DNA of 64,000 bases from Balanoglossus misakiensis (taxonomy: Eukaryota; Animalia; Hemichordata): contig CM082578.2 in the NCBI GenBank assembly GCA_040954595.2, forward strand, positions 215,740 through 279,739, given 5' to 3'. Positions 1 through 10,187 of this stretch are shown here, piece by piece. The translations under genes and the position numbers were made by a program. Under the pieces are notes generated by a model. The model was not told where the DNA came from. It did not search any database and worked only from the letters and a program-made list of their open reading frames with translations. The number at the start of each line of letters is the position of its first letter. Position 1 is the first letter of the stretch.

Positions 1-459
1 CCGTGCCAGGCCGAAGGAAATGTGAGTAGATCAACGTGGTCTCTGTACGCGTGTTTCTGCTCTAGAGTGCCAGGACTTTAGCCAAGCCATGCCGTAGGAA
101 ATCTGACTTGATCAACGTTGCTAACGAACGCTAGTGTCTGTCAAAGTGTGCCATGGTTTTAGTCGAGCCAAGCCGTAGGAGATCAGACTTGATCGTCTCT
201 GTACGCGTGTTTCTGCTCTAGAGTGCCGGGGCTTTATCCAAGCCATGCAGTAGAAAATCTGACTTGATCACCGTTGCTAACGTACGCTAGTGTCTGTCAT
301 ATTGTGACGGTGATTTAGCAGAGCCAGGCCCTAGAAAAATCGATATGTTCAACGTTACCAGTGTGCAACTGTTTCTGCTCTAGAGTGTCAGGGTTTTAGC
401 CGACTTATGCTGTAGGAAATCTGAGTTGATGAATGGGAATTCAATGTTAGAAAACCCGT

Positions 460-1350
460 GTGGAAAGTATCTCTACCCGTTTGAAACTAAGAAAAGAATT
501 TATTCTTATTTATTTTGTAAAAAAGACAATTTTTCGAAAAAAAGTCGAAAATGGTAATTTTGTCTTGGGTGATTCAAATTATACCGCCTTTTCTGGAATT
601 TGCTGCACTTCTTACAAGAGAACGACACTTCATGCTCCATAATATTTCGGAAAATGAAGAAAAGAGTTATTTTTTTATGATTTTTTAAAAATTTACCATT
701 TTTGTCAAAATATGGCCAAAATGGCTATTTTTTCTTGAATTCCGTCAATATATCTGCATTTTTGGAGTGGTCGAAAGTTTTAACATACAATCAACATGTC
801 ATATATGATCAGGGCACCAAATTCGAAGAACAAAGGTTTTTTTATTTTTTTTCTTCTAAAAATGACATTTTCAAGGAAAATTTGGTAAAACGCAATTTTG
901 TCTGCAGTGAGCCAAATTAGACGGTCTTTTGTGGAATTTGTATCGATATATACATACGAAGAGCATTCTATACTCCATCAGATTTCCGAAAATGTAGAAA
1001 ACAGGTATTTTTTTGTAATTTTCAAAAATTTACCATTTTGACCAAATTGTGGCTAAAATTGTTATTTTCGTGTTGAATGCCGCCATTGTCACTGCTTTTA
1101 AAAGTCATAAAAACTTTTAACATACAAGCAATTGTTTATATATGATCAGGTCACCGAATTAAAAAAATAAAGAATGTTTTGCCTAAAAATGACCTTTTTG
1201 GTGCAAAAACGAATAAAACGCAATTTTGTATTAAATCAGAATGCATTTTTTATAATCAGCACCATTTTTACATGTAATGGAAATACATCATCAGATATCC
1301 AAATATGAAAAAATGATTTAGATTTTAGATGATTGTCCAAAATTAGCTGA
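460..1350 (+). repeat. AT-rich sub-block of the 2-kb unit: ~2.7 diverged copies of a ~335-bp repeat (representative copy)
   Basis: Aligned motifs recur: tgctccataatatttcggaaaatg (~633), tactccatcagatttccgaaaatg (~971), tacatcatcagatatccaaatatg (~1283). Also ttttaacatacaa...atatatgatcagg(g/t)cacc at ~778 and ~1115. Confidence 0.85.
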
Positions 1351-1600
1351 TATCTAATAAATATAGTATTGAACCGTTCTGTCCCCCCCCCCCCTACATT
1401 ATATGCGGTACGCCGATGTCAGCTTACCCGGCAGTACTGCAGGCCGTGTCCCCAACTAAAGTCGGTGTTTGAAACGCCCTGGTTAAATTCGGGCTTTCTC
1501 TATAAATTGACAGGCAATAATGCAGTCCTACCGGAACAAATGTCGAGTGTTGACCCGCTGTGACTTTCCCTCTTCGGTTTGCCCGACTTAGCCAACGTCT
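1345..1600. other. Poly-C tract plus GC-richer dyad-rich linker of the 2-kb unit (representative copy)
   Basis: C12 at 1383-1394 (about 7-18 nt in other units), perfect palindrome gcagtactgc at 1431-1440, inverted pair agctgatatc (1345) / gatgtcagct (1415), TATAAA at 1501. Present once per unit. Confidence 0.75.
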
Positions 1601-2470
1601 TTGTACTAGAGTGTCGGGTCTTTTGCAGAGCCAGGCCGAAGGAAATCCGACTTGATCACCGTTGCTAACGAACGCTAGTGTCTGTCATGGTGTGCCGGGG
1701 TTTTAGTCGGGCCAGGCCGTAGGAGATCTGACTTGATCATCGTGGTCAATGTACGCGTGTTTCCGCTCTAAAGTGCCGGGGCTTCAGCTAAACCAGGCCG
1801 TAGGACATCCGCCGTAATCACCGTTGATAACTTACGCCAGTCTGTGTCATATAGAGCCGGTGCACCAGCCGAGTCACGCCGTAGGAAATCTGACTTGATC
1901 AACGTGGTCAATGTACGCCTGTTTCTGCTCTAGAATGCCGGGGCTTCAGCTGAGCCAGGCCGTAGGAAACCCGACGTGATTACCGTTGTTAACTTACGCC
2001 AGTCTGTGTCCTATATATAGTGCCGGGGCATCAGCCGTGCCAGGCCGAAGGAAATGTGAGTAGATCAACGTGGTCTCTGTACGCGTGTTTCTGCTCTAGA
2101 GTGCCAGGGCTTTAGCCAAGCCATGCCGTAGGAAATCTGACTTGATCAACGTTGCTAACGAACGCTAGTGTCTGTCATAGTGTGCCGGGGTTTTAGTCGA
2201 GCCAAGCCGTAGGAGATCAGACTTGATCAACGTGGTCTCTGTACGCGTGTTTCTGCTCTAGAGTGCCGGGGCTTTATCCAAGCCATGCCGTAGAAAATCT
2301 GACTTGATCACCGTTGCTAACGTACGCTAGTGTCTGTCATATTGTGACGGACATTTAGCGGAGCCAGGCCGTAGAAAAATCGACTTGTTCAACGTTACCA
2401 GTGTGCAACTGTTTCTGCTCTAGAGTGTCAGGGTTTTAGCCGACTTATGCTGTAGGAAATCTGAGTTGAT
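1600..2470 (+). repeat. 81-bp monomer sub-array (11 monomers, alternating A/B = 162-bp dimer; representative copy)
   Basis: The ccg(t/a)ag(g/a)a anchor recurs at 1636, 1717, 1798, 1879, 1960, 2045, 2126, 2207, 2288, 2369 and ~2450 (81-bp spacing, one +4 tata insertion). Monomers alternate between gtacgcgtgtttctgctctagag and aacgaacgctagtgtctgtcat types. Confidence 0.93.
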
Positions 2471-5400
2471 GAAGGGGAATTCAATGTTAGAAAACCCGTG
2501 TGGAAAGTATCTCTACCCGTTTGAAACTAAGAAAAGAATTTATTCTTATTTATTTTGTAAAAAAGACAATTTTTCGAAAACATGTCGAAAATGGTAATTT
2601 TGTCTTGGGTGATTGAAATTATACCGCCTTTTCTGGAATTTGCAGCACTTTTTACAAGAGAACGACACTTCATGCTCCATAATATTTCCGAAAAAATAAG
2701 AAAAGAGTTAATTTTTTATGATTTTTTAAAAATTTACCATTTTTGTCAAAATATGGCCAAAATGGCTATTTTTTCTTGAATTCCGTCAATATATCTGCAT
2801 TTTTGGAGTGGTCGAAAGTCTTAACATACAATCAACATGTCATATATGATCAGGGCACCAAATTCGAAGAACAAAGGTTTTTTATTTTTTTTTTCTAAAA
2901 ATGACATTTTCAAGGAAAATTTGGTAAAACGCAATTTTGTCTGCAGTGAGCCAAATTAGACGGTCTTTTGTGGAATTTGTATCGATATATACATGCGAAG
3001 AGCATTCTATACTCCATCAGATTTCCGAAAATGTAGAAAACAGGTATTTTTTGTAATTTTCAAAAATTTACCATTTTGACCAAATTGTGGCTACAATTGT
3101 TATTTTCGTGTTGAATGCCGCCAGTGTCACTGCTTTTAAAAGTCATAAAAACTTTTAACATACAAGCAATTGTTTATATATGATCAGGTCACCGAATTAA
3201 AAAAATAAAGAATGTTTTGCCTAAAAATGACCTTTTTGGTGCAAAAACGAATAAAACGCAATTTTGTATTGAATCAGAATGCATTTTTTATAATCAGCAC
3301 CATTTTTACATATAATGGAAATTTCATACATCATCAGATATCCAAATATGAAAAAATGATTTAGATTTTAGATGATTGTCCAAAATTAGTTGATATCTAA
3401 TAAATGTAGTATTGAACCATTCTGTTCCCCCCCCCCCCCTACATTATATGCGGTACGCCGATGTCAGCTTACCCGGCAGTACTGCAGGCCGTGCCCCCAA
3501 CTAACGTCGGTGTTTGAAACGCCCTGGTTAATTTCGGGCTTTCTCTATAAATTGACAGGCAATAATGCAGTCCTACCCGAACAAATGTCAAGTGTTGAAC
3601 CGCTGTGACTTTCCCTCTTCGGTTTGCCCGACTTAGCCAACGTCTTTGTACTAGAGTGTCGGGTCTTTTGCAGAGCCAGGCCGAAGGAAATCCGACTTGA
3701 TCACCGTTGCTAACGAACGCTAGTGTCTATCATGGTGTGCCAGGGTTTTAGTCGAGCCAGGCCGTAGGAGATCTGACTTGATCATCGTGGTCAATGTACG
3801 CGTGTTTCCGCTCTAAAGTACCGGGGCTTCAGGTAAACCAGGCCGTAGGAAATCCGACGTAATCACCGTTGATAACTTACGCCAGTCTGTGTCATATAGA
3901 GCCGGTGCACCAGCCGAGTCACGCCGTAGGAAATCTGACTTGATCAACGTGGTCAATGTACGCCTGTTTCTGCTCTAGAGTGCCGGGGCTTCAGCTGAGC
4001 CAGGCCGTAGGAAACCCGACGTGATTACCGTTGTTAACTTACGCCAGTCTGTGTCATATATATAGTGCCGGGGCATCAGCCGTGCCAGGCCGAAGGAAAT
4101 GTGAGTAGATCAACGTGGTCTCTGTACGCGTGTTTCTGCTCTAGAGTGCCAGGGCTTTAGCCAAGCCATGCCGTAGGAAATCTGACTTGATCAACGTTGC
4201 TAACGAACGCTAGTGTCTGTCATAGTGTGCCGGGGTTTTAGTCGAGCCAAGCCGTAGGAGATCAGACTTTATCAACGTGGTCTCTGTACGCGTGTTTCTG
4301 CTCTAGAGTGCCGGGGCTTTATCCAAGCCATGCCGTAGAAAATCTGACTTGATCACCGTTGCTAACGTACGCTAGTGTCTGTCATATTGTGACGGAGATT
4401 TAGCCGAGCCAGGCCATAGAAAAATCGACTTGTTCAACGTTACCAGTGTGCAACTGTTTCTGCTCTAGAGTGTCAGGGTTTTAGCCGACTTATGCTGTAG
4501 GAAATCTGAGTTGATGAACGGGAATTCAATGTTAGAAAACCCTTGTGGAAAGTATCTCTACCCGTTTGAAACTAAGAAAAGAATTTATTCTTATTTATTT
4601 TGTAAAAAAGACAATTTTTCGAAAAAAAGTCGAAAATGGTAATTTTGTCTTGGGTGATTCAAATTATACCGCCTTTTCTGGAATTTGCTGAACTTCTTAC
4701 AAGAGAACGACACTTCATGCTCCATAATATTTCGGAAAATGAAGAAAGGAGTTATTTTTTTATGATTTTTTAAAAATTTACCATTTTAGTCAAAATATGG
4801 CCAAAATGGCTATTTTTTCTTGAATTCCGTCAATATATCTGCATTTTTGGAGTGGTCGAAAGTTTTAACATACAATCAACATGTCATATATGATCAGGGC
4901 ACCAAATTCGAAGAACAAAGGTTTTTTTATTTTTTTTCTAAAAATGACATTTTCAAGGAAAATTTGGTAAAACGCAATTTTGTCTGCAGTGAGCCAAATT
5001 AGACGGTCTTTTGTGGAATTTGTATCGATATATACATACGAAGAGCATTCTATACTCCATCAGATTTCCGAAAATGTAGAAAACAGGTATTTTTTGTAAT
5101 TTTCAAAAATTTACCATTTTGACCAAATTGTGGCTAAAATTGTTATTTTCGTGTTGAATGCCGCCAGTGTCACTGCTTTTAAAAGTCAGAAAAACTTTTA
5201 ACATACAAGCAATTGTTTATATATGATCAGGTCACCGAATTAAAAAAATAAAGAATGTTTTGCCTAAAAATGACCTTTTTGGTGCAAAAACGAATAAAAC
5301 GCAACTTTGTATTAAATCAGCTCATTCAGAGTGCATTTTTATAATCAGCACCATTTTTACATATAATGGAAATTTCATACATCATCAGATATCCAAATAT

Positions 5401-6505
5401 GAAAAAATGAATTAGAAATATTTAAGATGATTGTCCAAAATTAGCTGATATCTGATAAATGTAGTATTGAACCGTTCTGTTTCCCCCCCCCCCCCCCCTA
5501 CATAACATGCGGTACGCCGATGTCAGTTTACCCGGCAGTACTGCAGGCCGTGCCCCCAACTAACGTCGGTGTTTGAAACGCCCTGGTTAAAGTCGAGCTT
5601 TCTCTACAAATTGACAGGCAATAATGCAGTCCTACCCGAACAAATGTCGAGTGTTGACCCGCTGTGACTTTCCCTCTTCGGTTTGCCCGACTTAGCCAAC
5701 GTCTTTGTACTAGAGTGTCAGGTCTTTTGCAGAGCCAGGCCGAAGGAAATCCGACTATATCACCGTTGCTAACGAACGCTAGTGTCTGTCATGGTGTGCC
5801 GGGGTTTTAGTCGAGCCAGGCCGTAGGAGATCTGACTTGATCATCGTGGTCAATGTACGCGTGTTTCCGCTCTAAAGTGCCGGGGCTTCAGCTAAACCAG
5901 GCCGTAGGAAATCCGACGTAATCACCGTTGATAACTTACGCCAGTCTGTGTCATATAGAGCCGGTGCACCAGCCGAGTCACGCCGTAGGAAATCTGACTT
6001 GATCAACGTGGTCAATGTACGCCTGTTTCTGCTCTAGAGTGCCGGGGCTTCAGCTGAGCCAGGCCGTAGGAAACCCGACGTGATTACCGTTGTTAACTTA
6101 CGCCAGTCTGTGTCCTATATATAGTGCCGGGGCATCAGCCGTGCCAGGCCGAAGGAAATGTGAGTAGATCAACGTGGTCTCTGTACGCGTGTTTCTGCTC
6201 TACAGTGCCAGGGCTTTAGCCAAGCCATGCCGTAGGAAATCTGACTTGATCAATGTTGCTAACGAACGCTAGTGTCTGTCATAGTGTGCCGGGGTTTCAG
6301 TCGAGCCAAGCCGTAGGAGATCAGACTTGATCAACCTGGTCTCTGTACGCGTGTTTCTGCTCTAGAGTGCCGGGGCTTTATCCAAGCCATGCCGTAGAAA
6401 ATCTGACTTGATCACCGTTGCTAACGTACGCTAGTGTCTGTCATATTGTGACGGAGATTTAGCCGAGCCAGGCCCTAGAAAAATCGACTTGTTCAACGTT
6501 ACCAG

Positions 6506-6892
6506 TGTAGTAACCTCGATGTGCCGTCTCAAATGGCGCCCTAATTCACATCAAAGGCCACAGGGTTCTATAGTATTTGCCGTTAACTAACTGGAGCTCA
6601 CCATCGCCGACGAACATTCCTTGTCAGATGTCACAGAAAACGCTGCTCGGAACTTTACACGAACATTTAATGACTGAACATACAACACTGGCACTGGATG
6701 ATGCGTCGCGGTGGTTGAAGTTTCCGTAGAAAACTGGCAAAAATCCCCAGGCTAACTGTGCAAAAGTCCTCACATGTGCGCCATGGAATTTTCCAGATAT
6801 TTTCTAAACAAAAGCGCATGCGCTAATGTACTCACAGCGCGAGGGCGCTGGACTAAATATTTCAGTTTCTCTAAGAACTGGGCGTCCTTACA
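6506..6892 (-). repeat. BEL/Pao 3' LTR (387 bp), left arm
   Basis: On the - strand it begins TGTAAGG right after the purine-rich ttgggggctgg and ends TACTACA at the satellite junction. Confidence 0.85.
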
Positions 6893-7260
6893 CCAGCCCC
6901 CAAATTGTTCATGAAAAAACATTAACAATTTCCATCCTAGCAAATTCAAAACGCCAACATCCATATGTGCCGAAATTACATATCAAATAGAAATTACAAA
7001 ACAATATCTATAAATATCTCGAAACGCGAAGTCGAAAGTTTTTCAGGAAACGCGAATACAAGAATCCTTTTCTTCATGAATGTGATGATACATCCTTGAC
7101 CATGCCCAGACCTCGTCCGGTCAATCATGCTGCCAAGCATGATATCCAACACATCTGTACTTCAAAGATGAGATCAAACGCTGGACGTAGTGGATAGACT
7201 GGCCACTACTTGAGATCGTTGTTATTACAGCTGCTGGTAACTGCAACCATACCAATACCA

Positions 7261-7425
7261 CTAAGTCTGTGCTTCCAGCAATGTGCACAACTTATCATAT
7301 GGTCTTTCTAAAACACTGGATCTGGTCTTCACCAATACTCGTCTCACCACCCCTTTCCGATCAGGCATAACTTTGACGATTACACCCAAAGGCCACGCAT
7401 TTCTGGAGGTGTTCTCATCCTTTTC
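7261..7425 (-). pseudogene. BEL/Pao integrase C-terminal fragment, out of frame with the upstream pol
   Basis: DENTSRNAWPLGVIVKVMPDRKGVVRRVLVKTRSSVLERPYDKLCTLLE matches the typical BEL pol C-terminus (WPLG...G.VR...VKT...RP..KL). Confidence 0.8.
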
Positions 7426-10187
7426 CAATACAAATCTGACAGATACTGCACTTGCTTCCATCTGTGTACAGCATACAAGTCGTTCTTCTCCGTCACACCA
7501 GGGGGTGTTGCTGCTCCCTTCATAGTAAGCAACATACTGGGTGTCAATGCTTTTAAGTCTCTAACGTCGTCCGACGATACTGTAATCTCATGCGGTCCAT
7601 CTGTACGACGACTTTTGTTCTTGGCACATCTCAACAATGTGTCACCCACTTTACGTATCCAGGCCACTGCTTTCTTCAGTTTATACCAACTGGAGTAGTG
7701 GTCTATCATTTTCTGAACCGTCTCCTCCGCATTAACGGACATGGATCGATCCGCCCCTTTGTCAGGCGTCTGTCGTTCTCCCGAAACAACAGGTACTGTT
7801 CCCAACACAACGGGTACAGTTTCTTCTTCCGACCTCAAGGCTATTCTATGCACTAGTGCAGATTTCTTCACCTCTGGATCTTCTGGATCTAGCTGTGTAT
7901 TGTAGCTATCACTTGGCCATTTGTCTTGTGTCTTCCGCAAGAAATCAGGACCACCTATCCATCTTTCGTTCTTCAGAAAAGCATCTGCCGGGTTGTCACT
8001 GGTATTAATGTAGCGCCAGTTCGCTGGGTCTGATCCTCCTCGAATCACTGCTAGTCTATTCGCCACGAAGGTATGAAATCTTGTGGTTTCGTTGTTTATG
8101 TACCGCAGCACGGTTTTGCTATCCGTCCAAAACACGGATTCATTGATTGGCAAATCCATCTCCTTTCTGAGAAGTTTGTCAAGCCTCACTGCTACAGTAG
8201 CTGCAGTTAATTCCATTCGTGGGATCGATATTTGCTTCAATGGAGCCACTCTTGCTTTGGCCATCATCAAAGTGCTGTGGATGTTTCCGCTTTTGTCGAT
8301 CAACCTAAGATATGATACAGCACCATATCCATTTTCGCTGGCATCAGCAAAGTGATGTAGCTGAGCTGTGTCTACTTCACCAAAGTGCTCGGGCTTTATA
8401 CATCTGGGTACTGCGAAACACTCTTCTAATTTCGGTAGATCCCTCAACCAATTCTCCCACACTTTGCGTTGTTTTCCAGGAATATCATCATCCCAGCCTA
8501 GTTTTGCTTTACACAGCTGCTGCAAAAGCATCTTGGGTGGCAGAAGCGCTGGTGCTGCCATGCCCAGTGGGTCGTATAATGAACTAACCACTCCTAGAAT
8601 TCCTCGTCTGGTCGCTGGTTTCTCTTTAGTACGATTTCTGAATCCGAATTCGTCAGATTCCACGTTCCACTGCATACCGAGTGCATGCTCCATTGGCAAG
8701 TCATCTCGCTCCAAGTCTAAGTTCTTCACCTCTATCGCCCTTTGTTCTTCAGGTATTGCTTCCAAAACTGGACGCGTATTGCTGATCCACTTTGTGAGCT
8801 TGAACCCTGATTTCTTACAGGTGTCTGTCAGCCCTTCAGCCAAAGACTTTCCTTCCATCACTGTTGATGCTGCCTTCAACATGTCATCAACGTAGAAGTT
8901 TCTAGATATGGTGTTCTTGACACTCAGATCAGAAGTATTGTCTGAAGCATTCTTCAACGCGAAGTTTGCACAACTGGGTGACGATGTAGCCCCGAAGATG
9001 TGCACTGTCATTCGGTACTCGACAGGAGGTTCCTCTACATTACCATTAGGCCACCACAGAAAACGCTGGAAATCTCGGTTTTCTTGCGACACGCCAACTT
9101 GAGAGAACATAGCCTCTATATCTGACATCAGTGCTATCCGCTCTTCACGAAAACGTATAAGCACTCCTACAAGTGAACTGGTCAGATCCGGTCCTTGCAT
9201 TAATTCCTTGTTCAAAGAAGTTCCCTTGTATTCTGCACCACAGTCGAAGACTACCCGGATTTTCTGTTTCTGTGGATGGTATACTCCATGATGGGGAAGA
9301 TACCATTTCTTTCCAGGATTGCCTTCCAATTCTTCCTGTGGCACCCTTTCAGCATAGCCTTTGTCTATAATACTTTCCATGAAGGTAGTATATTCTTGAC
9401 GATAGTCATCGTTGTTTCTAAATTTCTTTCCCAACTGAGAAAGCCGATATTCTACTGCCACTTTGTTGTTTGGCATCGTAACACCGTCATCACGAAACGG
9501 TAATGGCACCTGGTAATGACCATCAACAAACTGCGTTTGTTCGTACGCAATCTTCATGAACTTTCTATCTTCAACCGAATCTTCGGGTTTGTCATCTATG
9601 ATGCGCTCGCTGAACTCGTGATTGAAGAGGTTGATTAACTGCTGATCAATCGCCGGTCCAACTTGTATTCTACAGACTGTTGCGGCAGTTTCATTTTCTG
9701 ACACGCCAGCCCCCGTAAGGAAACCATTTACGAACCAGCCTAAACGGGTACGTACGGCAAATGGTCCATCTCCATTACTGTTTATCACTTCCCATGGTTC
9801 AAACGCTTCAGGAACGTTACCACCGATGAGTAGGCCTATTTCCGCATCTATCTCAGGCAGGCGTACCTTACGCAAATAAGGATACTTGCCAATGTCATCT
9901 TGTGTAACGATGAGATCTTTCGAAGCAGGAATTTTCTCTTGCGTATATGTAGCTGGAAGTTTGATGATGTAATGCTCATCAAGATCTGAAACTTCTGGAC
10001 CCTTGATAACACGACTATCAGCTGATTTACTTCCAGTGATAGTGTTCAGCATAATCTTTGTTTTCTTACCACCGACGTTCAGTTGTCGGCGAAGTGTTTC
10101 CGTACAGAATACTGTGTCACTGCCGTTGTCAATAAAGGCGTACGTTTGTACACTAAGACCACTCGATCTACATTTGACCTTGGTCAT
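7380..10187 (-). CDS. pol: BEL/Pao pol remnant: aspartic protease, RT, Pao RNase H; integrase core deleted (935 aa)
   Basis: TYAFIDNGS protease motif; WYLPHHGV, RVVFD, FGATSSP, FYVDD (RT); YDPLG, LHHFADAS, IPRMEL, FWTDS, NPAD (RNase H). No HHCC or DDE integrase motifs. Confidence 0.9.
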   Translation of the reverse strand: MTKVKCRSSGLSVQTYAFIDNGSDTVFCTETLRRQLNVGGKKTKIMLNTITGSKSADSRVIKGPEVSDLDEHYIIKLPATYTQEKIPASKDLIVTQDDIGKYPYLRKVRLPEIDAEIGLLIGGNVPEAFEPWEVINSNGDGPFAVRTRLGWFVNGFLTGAGVSENETAATVCRIQVGPAIDQQLINLFNHEFSERIIDDKPEDSVEDRKFMKIAYEQTQFVDGHYQVPLPFRDDGVTMPNNKVAVEYRLSQLGKKFRNNDDYRQEYTTFMESIIDKGYAERVPQEELEGNPGKKWYLPHHGVYHPQKQKIRVVFDCGAEYKGTSLNKELMQGPDLTSSLVGVLIRFREERIALMSDIEAMFSQVGVSQENRDFQRFLWWPNGNVEEPPVEYRMTVHIFGATSSPSCANFALKNASDNTSDLSVKNTISRNFYVDDMLKAASTVMEGKSLAEGLTDTCKKSGFKLTKWISNTRPVLEAIPEEQRAIEVKNLDLERDDLPMEHALGMQWNVESDEFGFRNRTKEKPATRRGILGVVSSLYDPLGMAAPALLPPKMLLQQLCKAKLGWDDDIPGKQRKVWENWLRDLPKLEECFAVPRCIKPEHFGEVDTAQLHHFADASENGYGAVSYLRLIDKSGNIHSTLMMAKARVAPLKQISIPRMELTAATVAVRLDKLLRKEMDLPINESVFWTDSKTVLRYINNETTRFHTFVANRLAVIRGGSDPANWRYINTSDNPADAFLKNERWIGGPDFLRKTQDKWPSDSYNTQLDPEDPEVKKSALVHRIALRSEEETVPVVLGTVPVVSGERQTPDKGADRSMSVNAEETVQKMIDHYSSWYKLKKAVAWIRKVGDTLLRCAKNKSRRTDGPHEITVSSDDVRDLKALTPSMLLTMKGAATPPGVTEKNDLYAVHRWKQVQYLSDLYWKRMRTPPEMRGLWV

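Larger units (their letters stand above)
1..6505 (+). repeat. Composite ~2.05-kb macrosatellite array, block 1 (~3.2 units, poly-C strand on +)
   Basis: Landmark gtggaaagtatctctacccg recurs at ~460, ~2500 and ~4545 (period 2040-2045 bp); the units are highly similar by eye. Confidence 0.97.

Noticed and set aside
460-1563. Recurring 60-97 aa ORFs (MESISTR..., MSKYGQN..., MNRSVPPP..., MFCLKMT...)
   Set aside because: Mostly GTG/TTG starts, low complexity, frame-shifted between units by homopolymer changes; they recur only because the DNA is repeated.
1600-2470. 81-bp periodic array as a CRISPR array
   Set aside because: The whole monomer is repeated, there are no unique spacers or cas genes, and the context is eukaryotic retroelements.
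1600-2470. 81 bp = 27 codons, so a possible repeat-protein gene
   Set aside because: Translating representative monomers gave stop codons in all six frames, and one monomer carries a 4-bp insertion.
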